64,000 nucleotides of DNA from Eledone cirrhosa (taxonomy: Eukaryota), in the NCBI GenBank assembly GCA_964016885.1, contig OZ024743.1, positions 198,524,001 to 198,588,000 of the forward strand, in the 5' to 3' direction. Below are positions 1 through 13,570 of the stretch, in pieces. The notes beneath the pieces were generated by a model. That model did no database searches, had not been told where the DNA came from, and saw nothing but the letters and a program-made list of their open reading frames with translations. Both the position numbers and the translations under genes were made by a program. Numbering within the stretch: the first letter of the stretch is position 1; every line of letters begins with the position of its first letter.

Positions 1-4
1 ACAG

Positions 5-211
5 TAAATAGGTAGAGCGTTGGATGACATGCTTTGCGACATATATTTATTGCCCTTTATGTTCTGAGTTTAATTCCCGACGAGATTAGCTTTACCGTTC
101 ATCCATATGCGGTCGATAAATTAAAGTACCAGTATAGCAATGGGGGCGATTTAATCAACTTTGACCTTCCCTACAAATTGATGGATTTGTGCCAAATGTA
201 GAAACAATTAT
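5..211 (+). mobile_element. Diverged tRNA-derived SINE (Octopus-type family)
   Basis: Matches the reverse complement of the cleaner copies at 861-1273: gttctgagtttaattccc (decayed B box), tttaccgttcatcc, ggtcgataaattaaagtaccag, and 3' end ttgtgccaaatgtagaaacaattat. Confidence 0.75.
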
Positions 212-224
212 CATAGTGAAATGG

Positions 225-436
225 ATTGCCAGTATCAGCAGAGACTTTAACAAAATTCTTTACCGCATTTAGTTTCGACTTTCTACGTTCTGTGTTGAAA
301 TCTCGTCGAGGTCAGTTTTATCTTTCATCCATCCGGGTCGATAAAAGAATGTAGCAGTTATGTACTAGGCCGATATCATTGAATTTTAACTTACTCCGAT
401 ATTGCTGGGCTTGTTCCCAAATTCAAAGCCATTATA
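225..436 (+). mobile_element. Diverged tRNA-derived SINE, same family
   Basis: acgttctgtgttgaaatctcgtcgaggtcag...ctttcatcc...gggtcgataaaa...attgctgggcttgttcccaa is collinear with the other copies. Confidence 0.7.
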
Positions 437-860
437 AATATGAAATACTGAAACGCTTGATAAGGTTTGAAAGTCTTAGAGGATGTAGGAATCCCAAACG
501 CAGAAAATAACAGGAGACAGTCGCTTGCCATAAACAGTAGTTTAGAAAATATACCGAAGATCATACTTTTAATCTACAAGCATATTTTACAAACATATTC
601 TACCCTAAAAATCAATAAAAACACAATATACTATTAGCATAAAAATAGAAGAGAATATAACGGGGATCGGGACGTAGCGCTGTATCTTTAAAGTGATACA
701 CATTTAAAACATCTCATCTTTGGTGGGCGGGAAATGAAATGTTTCGACTAGATAACGAAACAATGCAAGAGAAGCTTATAGTCATCTATAAATTATGTAT
801 ATTCTACATTTCTAAACAAGTTGATCCTACATAAAACAAATTCATCCGACATGAAATAAT

Positions 861-1074
861 GGTTTCTAATTTAGGCACAAGGCCAGCAATTTGAAGGGGA
901 GGGGAAAGTTGATTAAATCGACCCCAATGCTTACTGGTACTTTATTTTATCAACCCCGTAAATATGAAATGCAAAGATAACATCGGTGGGATTTGAAATC
1001 ACAACGTAAAGTGTCGTAACTCTATGCCATGAAGCATTTAGTCCGACGATTTACCGATTCTACCATTCCTCACA
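861..1074 (-). mobile_element. tRNA-derived SINE, long form, 20-bp TSD
   Basis: ttaggcacaaggccagcaatttgaaggggagggg...actggtactttattttat...gggatttgaa. Flanked by ttcat(c/t)cgacatgaaataat at 841-860 and 1075-1094. Confidence 0.9.
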
Positions 1075-1094
1075 TTCATTCGACATGAAATAAT

Positions 1095-1273
1095 TGTTTC
1101 TACATTAGGCACAAGGCCAGCAATTACCCAGTGCATTACTGGTACTTTATTTTATCGACCTCGTGAGTATGAAAGGCAAAGTCAACCTCGGCGGGATTTG
1201 AACTCAGATCGTAAAGGGACGTAACTATGCTGGAAAGCATGGCGTCCGACCCTCTACTGCCAATCCACAGCCC
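1095..1273 (-). mobile_element. tRNA-derived SINE, short (internal-deletion) form, 16-bp TSD
   Basis: B box GTTCAAATCC on minus strand. TSD ttcgacatgaaataat at 1079-1094 and 1274-1289. Confidence 0.9.
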
Positions 1274-1725
1274 TTCGACATGAAATAATGCCGATTCTTC
1301 AATATGTCAATATGTCTATATTTTGATTTTTTCCCGATTAGTTCGGATCTTTTTTTTTTTCATTTTTTTGTGGTTATCTTTTTTTCATAGTGATGCGCAG
1401 AAAATGTTATTAGATACTAATCAAATTCTAATTTGAATATTATCGTTTTCACACCGCCAGAAGTAATTTCAGACCGCTTCGTAATAATGTTTATATTAGT
1501 CATTAATTAGATTGCTCTCAGAATTTCTATTTATACATAAACTCGGTAATTCTTCACATTCTAAGATGATGTAAAAATGTACATTCTTAAAGCATACATA
1601 CATACATATATACATATATGCATAAATACATACATATATACATATATACATACATAATAAGTCAATAATAGTTTTAAAAATAGGGTAAAGTATCGCGGGA
1701 GACGGAAAAGATTGGACAGAGATAG

Positions 1726-1795
1726 GTACCAGCGAGGAATCGAACCAAAGCATTCTCGGATACCAGGGCGGTGCATTGATCATTACACTAATTCC
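1726..1795 (-). pseudogene. tRNA-like head (SINE 5' end or tRNA pseudogene)
   Basis: Minus strand reads tagtgtaatga (A-box-like)...ctggtat (anticodon-loop-like, GGT)...ggttcgattcc (B box, 1736-1746). Acceptor and anticodon stems do not pair well, so it is not a functional tRNA. Confidence 0.55.
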
Positions 1796-4349
1796 TTCTA
1801 TTAAAAATGTTTAAAACCTGTAGCTTGAGCTGTAAACAACGGTTGACTTACGAATCAGACCCCTGACTCAGAGGGGCAAACCTATGATCCGCCAAACTTG
1901 TGCAGATCTCTTCGTTGTTAAGGTAGTTGTTATTATTTTTATTTATATGCTGTGTTTTTTGTTGTTGTCGTAGATGTTTGTTATTTGAGGCTTGGTGGTT
2001 TAAAGAGTTCTTTGGAAGATAAATTAAGAAATATCTCCTACTACTGGGAGGAAATATATATTGAAGTGAAGAAACATTTTTATTTTGTTTGAAGAGTTAT
2101 AAGAGGCTTGTGAGAAAGAAAGTTACCAGAAGCATGAGAAAAATGACGGAATAATATATGAGCTATAAATACCTGGGTGATATATGTGTGTGTGTACACG
2201 TCTATGTGTATGTATGGGTATGTACGTGTAGGTATGTCTGTATGCTTGCATTGTAAGAGGCAGGTTTTAATTTAAATATATATTCAACTAAAAATATAAC
2301 TTCGCGTCTTGAAATTAAAGTGCCTATTAAAGTTTTTTCACTATTATTTCTGGTTTCTTTTTGAGAAATAAATACATATGGTGAAAATGAGATAGGATGT
2401 GAATAAATATAATCAGTAAATTTGTAAACTGTTTCATTGAAAATGAATATGTGTGCAAACGTATACACACACACACATGAAGTTATAATCATACACACGG
2501 ATACGTACATATACATTAAAATAAACACTTCTCTTTATCTTACAGACTTTAAACATTTTCATATGAAAAAAAAAATTATAAGCATTTCCCACACAGACAC
2601 AGTAACGCACGTGTGTATACGGGCATGCGTGCACGCATACATGCTCACACATATGTGCACACATTATATACACACACACAATCAGACACACACAAAATAT
2701 TTTTAATACAATGTATTCCATGTTATGCGCCAAGAAATATTTAAACATTTAAACCCTATCATAAACTTACACTTAAACAAACATACACATTCACAAAACA
2801 GATACAAGCATTCGTGTACACACACGAATACACTTGATTCGTGTTTCATTAGTACGCTTGAAGAAATGTTTTAGTATTTTCCGTGTAAACACAAACATGC
2901 TCACAATCAAGCAGAAATACAAACTATTACATATAAATATCACACCAAAATTTGACTAGACCTTCATATCAAGCATGTTCACCAGAATATCGAGTACGCC
3001 TAGAAATTACTAATGGTTATTTGTTATTCTTTCTTGAGTAAAATACAGAACATTTGGTGCGATATTTACATATACCTGGACATATACAATTCAGTGTATA
3101 GTTTGTTTCAAATACGAAAAACCTCACAAAATAAGATAATAACAGGTCAAATAATGTTCAGTATTTATTTATTATTAATGGCATGTCTTTTATCATCAAA
3201 ATCATAATAATCCCAGAACTGCCAACAACATTTACCTAAGCCTCATTCTAAACTTAACCCTAACCTTAACACAAAACATTTGGTAAACAGTTTAGTTCAT
3301 TTCACACCGTAGGGTTGGATACTGCACTAAAGTAGTAACGATGATTTTGTACAATGATTTCAGAATTTAAGTTAGTTTGTCCTTTATTTATGTTGGTACG
3401 CCTATTCGAAATATGGAACCAGAACGAACGTGTCCCAACGACGAAGGTTTCACTTCAATAATTTTTTGATCGTCATCTAAAATATGTGAAAGAGATTACG
3501 TTTTCGTTCTTGGATTCCCGCCAGGAACAGTGTAGAACTGTTTATAACAGGAATACTCTATCATGGACATTATTCTTGAGAGAGATGTTAGATAAATCTC
3601 CCTCATATCGTAGACAATTTTCTTAAAATGCAGAGGATATAGTTATAGACACACTATTTCTAAAATAAAGACCATATTATCTTATAGAGATTTTCATTAG
3701 CGCTGATCTGAAGATAAATAACAACAACAACAGCAAGATCTCAATCTCCATCGATTCGTGTAAAATGGTTAGAACTTCATTTAATATGAAATAAACTGAA
3801 TATGAATATGAAAATTTGTTTAGATTAATTTAAGGAATCAAGCTTAGAAAAAATAATCAGAATTATCATTATGTTGCTAAAGAGGATTCTCAAGAGTAAA
3901 ATCGGAAATGAAACTTATATCCTTAAGGAGTAACGAATGTTCAATGTATGCTGGGGTGTGTGGTGAATCTAAATACTGTTAATATATTTCTGATAAGCTG
4001 AAAATCATTACAAACTTTAATTCCATGAAGTAGAAAATTTAAGAGTGCTTTAAGAAGCAACTCAACTACAAATTGGAAATATAATACAGACATACAAGAC
4101 CAAATAATAATTACAAAACATAACATGGTATGGTAATTATCACACCCATTAATCGAACTTCGCCACACTTGTGGAAATTTCTTTAAATCTAAATCTGCAT
4201 ATGTGCTACTTAAAAATCCACAAGTACACACACTCTTACGTATAGAGAATGTAAATATTCATATACATTAAGTATCTTATAGTTTTTGTGGTTTTACAGA
4301 TACTTGTGCGCTTTTCTAGAAAGAATAAAATATCAAATTGAGAAAATTA

Positions 4350-4389
<40 letters not shown>

Positions 4390-5125
4390 CGGCGATGAAT
4401 TAGTTTTGCGAGGTTTTTGATATCATATATTGTTATCATATGTAAGGTAAACCCCCAGATAAACTGTAAAACTAGAAACGTAGTTTATAGCATAATATGT
4501 ACAGAGGGTACTTGCAGAAACATGACAACAACATACATAGGCGAGACAGCTCGTATCATAGGTGAAAGGATAGACCAACACTGGGGGAACTAAAAGGACG
4601 AAAAAACGGTTCAGTACTATACGAACATGCCAGACAACAACACAACGGTAACATAGACACATAGAAATTAAAATAATATCTAAACATAGAAATGACCCAG
4701 CAGATAGGCAAATGAGAGAGGCCAGTGAAATAGAACTTAGAAGGCCAAGGCTAAACAGAAAGAATGAATGGAATAACAACAACACCCAAACAAACAACAC
4801 TGACCTAAGAGAAGTATAAATAAATAAATAGATAAATAAATAAATACATACACAAGCACAATAACAACAAACACATATAAACACACACTAGTAAATATAG
4901 AACACATTAACCAATACACAGTCACCCAATCACGAACACACATCAAACAAAACATTATACACACACGAAAATGCATGCGCAAAGAAGACAAAATAAAATA
5001 AACAAATAAATAAATATATAAACAGATTAAATAAAGATGGCGTAGAAAATACAATGCAAGGGGAGGAAACAATAGCACCACTGACGATGTTGCAGATGTG
5101 CAACGAAATAACTTTGATAAACTAT
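4390..5125 (+). mobile_element. Putative Penelope-like non-autonomous remnant between (TA)n tracts
   Basis: Bounded by (TA)n at ~4355-4388 and a short TA tract at ~5123. Ends with a hammerhead-like motif. Family assignment is inferred from the known association of Penelope pLTRs with minimal hammerheads. Confidence 0.35.
5077..5118 (+). ncRNA. Minimal type I hammerhead ribozyme-like motif
   Basis: acca CTGACGA t gttgca-gatg-tgcaac GAAA taac TT tgat. Core is intact, stem II is 6 bp, stem I pairs 3/4, and there is no stable stem III. Confidence 0.55.
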
Positions 5126-5138
5126 ATATATGTGTTTG

Positions 5139-5202
5139 TGTCTATATTGTATCTGTATTATTTTTGACCGTGTCTATATTGTATCTGTATTATTTTTGAC
5201 CG
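5139..5202. repeat. Perfect 32-bp tandem duplication
   Basis: tgtctatattgtatctgtattatttttgaccg x2. Confidence 0.9.
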
Positions 5203-5337
5203 TTGGCAACGTTGAGGACCGAATTAGATTACCGATATAAAATATACAGAAGCGAAAATCAATCCAAACCAAACAGTGAGTGTTTTATTATTATTTCTGG
5301 CAATATTATAACAATATGACTCTCCCTAAATATAACA

Positions 5338-5399
<62 letters not shown>

Positions 5400-5405
<6 letters not shown>

Positions 5406-6181
5406 CTTATGTTCATCGATTTCAGGGACTTGATTCCTTCTTCCTCACTTTTCGTTGCATTACCATCTTTGTTTCTTTACTGTCTCGCTCGTTCCCCCTA
5501 TTTACGTGTCCCACGACTTTCTTTAGCCGTTGCTCGCACCAACCAGAGGTATATGGTCTTTAAAGCGATGAAATACCAATGAAGGCTGGAAGATCACTGA
5601 TGAAGGACTAAATTTATTCATATGTAACCCATATGGAACCACACAGCACGCCATATTTTCTTTTTTTTCATATATTTATATATTTTCCTCCGCTGTGACC
5701 CGTCTGTTTCTTTCTTATTGCTTCCCCTTTCTCTGTATTTCTCACTTTCTTTTTACCCCCTCTGCCAGTCACTCTCTCTGTTAGCCTCTTCCTCACACTT
5801 TCACTCACTCACTCTCTGCTACTTCCTCTCCTACTTTCTCCCGTTTGACCTGTGCGAAATTATTTTCTCACTCACATTTCGACAAGGTTGGATGATATTT
5901 ATTCTCTCTCGTCTACGATTTCACAGAACTTATGTTCATCGATTTCAGGGACATGACTCCTTCCTCACTTTTCGTCGCATTACCATCTTGGTTTGTTTAC
6001 TGTCTCGCTCGTTCCCCCTATTTACGTGTCCCAACGACTTTATTTAGCCGTTGCTCGCACCAACCAGAGGTATATGGTCTTTAAACAGATGAAATACCAA
6101 TGAAGGCTGGAAGATCACTGATGAAGGACTAAATTTATTCATATGTAACCCATTTGCAACCACGCAGCACGCCATGTTTTC
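5400..6181. repeat. ~260-bp direct repeat (5400-5660 and 5923-6181) flanked by (TA)n tracts
   Basis: acagaacttatgttcatcgatttcagggac...gcagcacgcca present twice with few differences. (TA)n at 5340-5400 and 6183-6251. Confidence 0.9.
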
Positions 6182-6182
6182 A

Positions 6183-6254
<72 letters not shown>

Positions 6255-6737
6255 TGTGTGTGTGTATACATATGTATGTATATGTATGATTGGAGTTTTA
6301 TTCCCCACTTGTCATCTTCAGAGAGCGAAACACTATTTTTATGTATACACTTTATTCTGATCGCTCTCCTCACGCGCATTCACTTTTCGTTCTATTGACA
6401 TTATCTGCGCGTTATCCTTTATATTTTTCAACTTGCAATGTGAATATGCTTCGCTGAGAAAATCTGACAAAATCGAAACAGATTAAATGCGTTCAAGAAG
6501 TTGGTCTATCGACAAGGTTCAATCCTATTAAATTTTCTTAAATTATTTAGATCGACCATGATTCCAGGATTTCTCTCCCTTGCTTACTTTCAAACATCCG
6601 GAAGAGTCCAAAAAGGAGTTTTATGCTTGACGTCATGTGAATAGACTTGGTTGATTGGAGTTTGTTCGTTACTCACCATGTTCAGGCCGCAAGATTATTT
6701 CTAATTATACATTTTATGCATAGAGGTAGAATTGTTC

Positions 6738-6779
<42 letters not shown>

Positions 6780-6926
6780 TGTTATACTTTGGGAGGGTCA
6801 TGTGGCCTATAAGAAACACACGCACCAGTTGCTTTCACTCCAATTTATTATAAATTAAATTATAAATTTAAAAATTTATAAATTTCTGGTTAGTTGGTTC
6901 CACAACCGGACGGTTGTTCATATATT

Positions 6927-6969
6927 GCCAAAGTTCTTTCGTCACACATTCTGTGACCTCTTCAGTGAC
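6927..6969 (-). ncRNA. Minimal type I hammerhead ribozyme-like motif
   Basis: Minus strand: gtca CTGAAGA g gtcaca-gaatg-tgtgac GAAA gaac TT tggc. Lies in a ~290-bp segment (6780-7070) between (TA)n tracts. Confidence 0.6.
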
Positions 6970-7063
6970 GGGATTCTTTTCTTTGTTTTGTGCCTTTCCT
7001 TTGTTCTGTCCTACCATCTTGTTTGTGTGTGTTGTGTAAAGAATCTTGCTAATCAAATTCAGA

Positions 7064-7107
<44 letters not shown>

Positions 7108-7650
7108 TTATATATATTTATATATATATATATGTATGAGGGTGTGTGTATGTATCTTTATATATACACACATATATACATGCATACACACACACACATA
7201 TATATATATATATAATCACTTACATATTAATGAAACACGTGTCAGTTACATAATAAACATTACATAGTATATATATATAATTCTTTACCTGTGAGCATGC
7301 AATTGTCGTTCGTTTTAACAAAGATTATCGGTGTTTAAGGGAGATTTGGCTGTTATTACTATAGGTTATTACAAGTACCGCATAAGCCTAGATGGTCCTA
7401 CTTTGACCAGAAATTGTGTTGGTAATTGCAAGAGGTTTGGAAGGTATTCTTTTTATTACTGTAATAGTGGAGGTAAATGTCTTTCTTAGGTTTTGATAAA
7501 AATGGTGTCATGTGGTGTGGGTATTGTGTAGTCTGGTGTTATGAATAAGATAGCATCAAGGCAATATTCCCATCTCTCAAACTCACCCTGTAATAAACAC
7601 CACGACAACACGAAAGCTAATATTTGGTGATAATATTTAGAACAACAACA

Positions 7651-7765
<115 letters not shown>

Positions 7766-7871
7766 GTTATATATATATATAAATCTGTGTATTCATACAT
7801 ACAATCACACACACATATACATATGCATATATATTTAGAGATAGATACGCATAGTATATATAGAGATATGC

Positions 7872-7910
<39 letters not shown>

Positions 7911-8219
7911 GATATGCATATATATATATAATATATAATATATATATCTGATATATATATCTCGTGGACATAGAAATGAAAGAAAATGTTTAGAAAGGGA
8001 TAAAACGGAAAATATAAAATATTCAGACAGATAAAAGAAAGAGAGAAATGAGGTAGAGAGCAGATAAATTGAAGAAAATAAGAAACAAAAGAAGAAAGAT
8101 TGAAAGTAAGAATTGTAGAGGGAACATGGAAGGAAGAAGAAATCAATATAGTAGGAAAGACAGAAAGTTAAAGAGAAAGGAAGGAAGAAAGGATGAAGAA
8201 AATATAGGTATATAGTTAG

Positions 8220-8395
8220 GTTGATAGGTAGGTATATAAACAGATAGATGGATAGATATATAGATAGGTAGATGGATAGATGGATAGATATATAGATAGG
8301 TAGATGGATAGATGGATAGATATATAGATGGATAGATAGATAGAGTGTTAGTTAGATACATGGGTTAATAGATAGATAAATAGGTAGATAGATAG
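8220..8395. repeat. Degenerate (ATAG/ATGG)n tetranucleotide microsatellite
   Basis: gatagatggatagata-type units. Confidence 0.85.
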
Positions 8396-9285
8396 TACAG
8401 AGAAAGCAATAGCACGGAATAAGAAGAAAGACTGATTGTAAAAAAGAATACATAGAAAGGGGGAAATGGAGATGGAACATAAAAAGAAGAAGAAAGAGAG
8501 AGGAATATTAGAATGAAATGGGGGCGGAAAAAGATATGGGAAATAAAGAAAAATGAAAATAGAAGAGAAATATAGCTGAGGCGAAGAACATAAAAAGAAA
8601 CATGAAAAATTTTATAAAAAGGAAAATGAAGAAAGGAAAGAAAAAAAATCTATTTCCAAAATGAAATTATAATGGTAGGAAGGACTCCCTAATGCTAAGT
8701 GAAGGAGGAGCAGTGGTTAAATATCACAGTGTGATATTTCCATTGCCAAACTCCTGCATCTAAAGAATCGGTTTCGACAGCACCAACAATCATTTATCTA
8801 AAAACACTTTAAGACGTTGAACAGCTCACAGAAACACTTGCTTTGTAATGTTGTTCTGCTAAGGAACACCATAAACCTGGACCCGGATGTTTTTCCTCAG
8901 ATGTTTCGCTATCCTTCTCTCCGGATGCGAACACCAAGTGTGTTTTTGATAAAAGCTAAAACTATAAACGGTTTTATTTTTCTCAATTTCAATCCGAAGA
9001 CAGTCAGAATATATGACATAAACAACACAAAGTAGAACAGATGAGATCTTTCTTTCACATGCTTTTCCTGTGGGCATCATAGCGATCTTAAATACAATCA
9101 CAACCAAGTCTCCAATAAACTTAACTCATGTCTGTATATGTGTATATGTGTATGACTTATATAAAGGATTTGTATGTTACTTTTGTAAAGCACACAATTC
9201 ATGTACTTTCAGTGTATATAAGTTAAATGACGGAAGTGTCCCGATTCGACAAACAGCGCAGATTCACACACAAGGCCGCGGTCTT

Positions 9286-9470
<185 letters not shown>

Positions 9471-10369
9471 GGATATGTATGTTTGTATAAATATGAATAC
9501 ATGTATCTTTGAAATAATAAAAAAAAGATATGCTTATATATATATTAGAAATAATCTAATACAGCAATGATTATGACTAAAAAACCTATGATAGAAAATA
9601 GGTAACTATTAATGTTAGGTGAACACAATATTATATGTGAAAGTTATCTCTATATTATATGCAAACATTTATATCATCTTAAATTGCCATTAAATATTTG
9701 CAGTAGGGAAACAAACCCAAAACCATAAATGAAAATATATAGAAATAAATTGACATTGTTTTCATAAAGATAATCTATTATCTTTCCCATGCTATTTAAA
9801 ATGATTTGATGGTTATCATCTCCTGACAAGAAAGAGAAAGTATAATTTTTATATGCTAAGAACCGTAATTTTGAATTGCATGGTCTCAATCAGTTCCAGT
9901 ATTCATGGCGGGGTCTTTCTTCAATTTTGTTTCAATTTAGTGAGTTTCCTTTTTTAGATTCACTTTATGAAGAAGGGTTTCGTTCAAGGCTGGTTTTCGC
10001 TTTACCGGATCTCATGTTATTTTCTAATAATGTCTGCCTTTATATCAATGACAATAACTCGAAATAAATAATCATATGACCTGTATTTATTTCTAAAATG
10101 TAAGTAGAAATTACGTAAGAGACTATTGAATGTATGAATCAATTAAAACGAAATACATAGGAGTTTGTATAATAAGATTTATATAAAAGCAGGCATCAAT
10201 TTATATTGAAATCATGGCCTATTAACTGTCATGCTCTTCAGCACAAGAAACAAAAACAACTGGCATGAACTGGAGTGTATAACTCGATCGTTGATACAAA
10301 ATGCTAGAAACCTATTTCTACGTCATTCAGTTCTGAGACTATAATAATATTGTATTACAGAGGTATAAT

Positions 10370-10558
10370 TGTTTCTACTATTGGCACAAGACTAGCAATT
10401 ATCTAAGTACATTACTGGTGCTTTATTTTATCGACCCCGTAAGGATGAAAGGCAAAGTGAACCTCGGCGGGATTTGAACTCACACCATAAAGGGACGTAA
10501 CTCTTTACTGCAAAGCACGGCGTCAAACCTTCTAATGACACTGCCATTCCCCGCCCTG
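10370..10558 (-). mobile_element. tRNA-derived SINE, short form, 15-bp TSD
   Basis: TSD ttacagaggtataat at 10355-10369 and 10559-10573. B box is present. Confidence 0.9.
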
Positions 10559-10672
10559 TTACAGAGGTATAATGAAATAATTTAAGGTGAGCCTATAGCT
10601 GATTATATAGATCCGTTCTAGTCATCCCGCCCATCCCAAAGGATATTTTGTAAATTTGGTCACGGTGTATTA

Positions 10673-10760
10673 AAATTCAGAAGGCAAATGTGATCAGAGC
10701 ATGATTTAAACTCGGAAGGCAAAGATGTTTATAGTGTGATTTAAATTCAGTAGGCAAGGA
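10673..10760. repeat. Degenerate ~35-bp tandem repeat (2.5 units), probably derived from SINE internal sequence
   Basis: aaattcagaaggcaaa...gattt / aaactcggaaggcaaa...gattt / aaattcagtaggcaa. Confidence 0.5.
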
Positions 10761-10913
10761 CTCACAAATACATATAGCATACACAACTTAACACTATTAG
10801 GCACTGCACGCATATTACGAAGAGTACTGCAAATTCAATAGAAAGAAACAACACCACAACAAACCTCACTGCACATACCCAAGGTCCACAGAACTACACT
10901 CAGTAATGCAGTG

Positions 10914-11137
10914 AATAATAATAATAATAGCTTCTACTATAGGCACAAGGCCAGCAATTTGAGGGGGAGGGGGAAATTCTATTAAATCGACCCAGTACTC
11001 ACTGGTACTCTATTTTATCGACCCCGTAAGTATGAAAGGCACATCTTATTCCGGCGGGATTTGAACTCAGAATGTAAAGGGCCATAACTCTATGCTGCAA
11101 AGCATATTATCCGCCCCTATACTGACTCTGCCAATCC
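10914..11137 (-). mobile_element. tRNA-derived SINE, long form, flanked by (AAT)n
   Basis: aggcacaaggccagcaatttgagggggaggggg...gggatttgaactcag, with (AAT)n on both sides. Confidence 0.88.
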
Positions 11138-11699
11138 AATAACATTAATAATAATAATAATAATAATAAAATTAATAATAATGATAATAATCACAACAAC
11201 TGCAATAAAGGCTCTGCGAATATAACAACAATGACAACATCGAACAACAATGGAAATAATAATAGTGGCAAAGATTATGATGATTCTCCCAATATCAGTG
11301 TACAATAGAGTAGTGATATAAAAGCGGTCAATGTGAAAAGCTTCTCACCAAATTGGGAAAGAAATGAATAAAATCTCCATTGTAAAGCCCGATGCTGCAA
11401 TAAAAGTAGAGTGGAACAAAGGAAGACAAAAACATTCCGCTGCTGTTAGACATACATTCCACAATCCCTTCGTTTTTGCTAACCCTACTACACCTCACTA
11501 TGTACCTCTCTCTCATCCTCTTTTTTTTTCTCTCTCTTGCCCCCCTTCTCTACCATCTCTTTTCCTCTCTCTCTCCCTCCCTCCCTTTCTCTTCTCTCTC
11601 TCTCCACAAACATACACATGGATGCACACTTACATACGCCTACACACACCTACATATGTATATAAATAAATAAATAAATATATATATATATATATATAT

Positions 11700-12027
11700 A
11701 AAAAGATGAAATTGAAAATGCAACTGGAGTCTTATTTAAAAAAATATATATATATTTATTTTGTTCCTTTACCGGTTTCGCAGTTCTTCTGCTTTTCAAA
11801 AGTAGAGTTGAGATGGAGGGTCTGTGGTTTTTCTTACAGATGTGAGAAAAACCACAGAAAAACCACAGATGTGAGAAAAACCAGAGATGTGAGAAAAACC
11901 ACAGAGCCTCCATCTCAACTCTACTTTTGAAAAGCAGAAGAACTGCGAAACCGGTAAAGGAACAAAATAAATATATATATATTTTTTTTAAATAAGACTC
12001 CAGTTGCATTTTCGATTTCATCTTTTT
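11700..12027. repeat. ~135-bp near-perfect inverted repeat (11700-11834 / 11892-12027) with short tandem repeats in the spacer; Penelope-like remnant
   Basis: The arms are reverse complements. The spacer has ~18-bp cagatgtgagaaaaacca units. Each arm holds a decayed minimal hammerhead (11924-11959 on +, 11767-11802 on -). The unit lies between (TA)n tracts. Confidence 0.85.
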
Positions 12028-12096
12028 TTCTTTATACTTTCACTCGTGTAGGACACCTGAGTTATTCTTCATTTTGTAAAAAAAACTCACTTTCTA

Positions 12097-12175
<79 letters not shown>

Positions 12176-13363
12176 TAAAATTGCGTTTACCCTTAAATTA
12201 ATTTTTGCTTACTATACTTTGCCTCACTATTAATATACTTTTATTATACCTAGACAATAGTTTTGTAAATGAAGCGCTGAAAATTGGGATTTTAGCCCTT
12301 ATGTTCATGGAGCTATTTATGATATAATATGATTGAGACAATGTATTTTGATCTATGTTTTATGACTTCCACACTTATATATATATATACATAAGAGTGG
12401 AAGTGAGTAAAATCGATGTGTGGCGCTCGGCCAGCATCCACGAAAAGACAATAATTCGGAAGCTTTGCACGAAGCACTCAATAAGATGATATCGATAAAT
12501 CGATAAGTTACATCTTAGAGCAATAAATATACCTTAAAACGGCGTGACAAATTGAAAACTATGGTTAAGGGAAATCCACAAAACCCATCACAACAACGAA
12601 AATACGACCAGGTTAAATGTTTATATATATATATATATATACGAAATATAGTTCTCCCAACATAAATGACTATAATGTAGGAGACATGGCGGTATTTGAT
12701 TCGGATCAAGTTCAAAATTTGCCTTTTTCCGCCAGGAGCTGAGACCGACAAATAGTACCTGCAATGGAAATATCAATGTAAACTATGTTACCGTCTTGGT
12801 CTTATATGATCGACTCCATTCTGCTTAATTTTTCTTTTCGAATAAATGATATTTTCTTGCAGTACATTCCCACTTTCCAATATTCAACATTTCAATATTA
12901 AATGGTTTTAATATTCCGATAATATATTTATATAGTCTCACAAAACGTATCACAATAGTATCGTTTAAATTCTGACTATAAAGTTCTATTTGAGCTGAGA
13001 GAACAATTTTTGAAAGCTATAATATATTGACAAACAGAAGCAAATTAGTTATGGTTGCATCCTAGGGTATCGGCTAACGTTTTGAACTCTATACAGAATA
13101 TGAAGTGTTATTTTTATGTAACCTCGGGTTGAGCAGTCTTACGAGCAGCCAAACTCTTCAGCATTCTTCCGTTCTACTTTACGGCATAGGATGTAGAGAA
13201 ATACACCCTTAGTATATTTCTGTTGATAATAATATTTTACACTAGATTTTTACACTAAATTGTAATGCCTATTCTTAATACACTGATACGAATTCAGGCA
13301 CCTATGCACATTCATTCACACACATACACACATATACTTATGCAATGTTCTTCAAACTTATGA

Positions 13364-13413
<50 letters not shown>

Positions 13414-13427
13414 ATTATATTAGTATA

Positions 13428-13491
<64 letters not shown>

Positions 13492-13570
13492 ATACATTAA
13501 GTTAGAAACTCAAAATAGTCTCTTACAAACAATCGCTCAAGGTAAAAAAAAAGGTTTTCCGGGCCGTGTA

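Noticed and set aside
3250-3270. taaccctaacc telomere-like motif
   Set aside because: Only about two units, too short for an interstitial telomeric array.
12365-12404. 14-bp inverted repeat around a TA tract
   Set aside because: Short and imperfect, with no associated element structure I can support.
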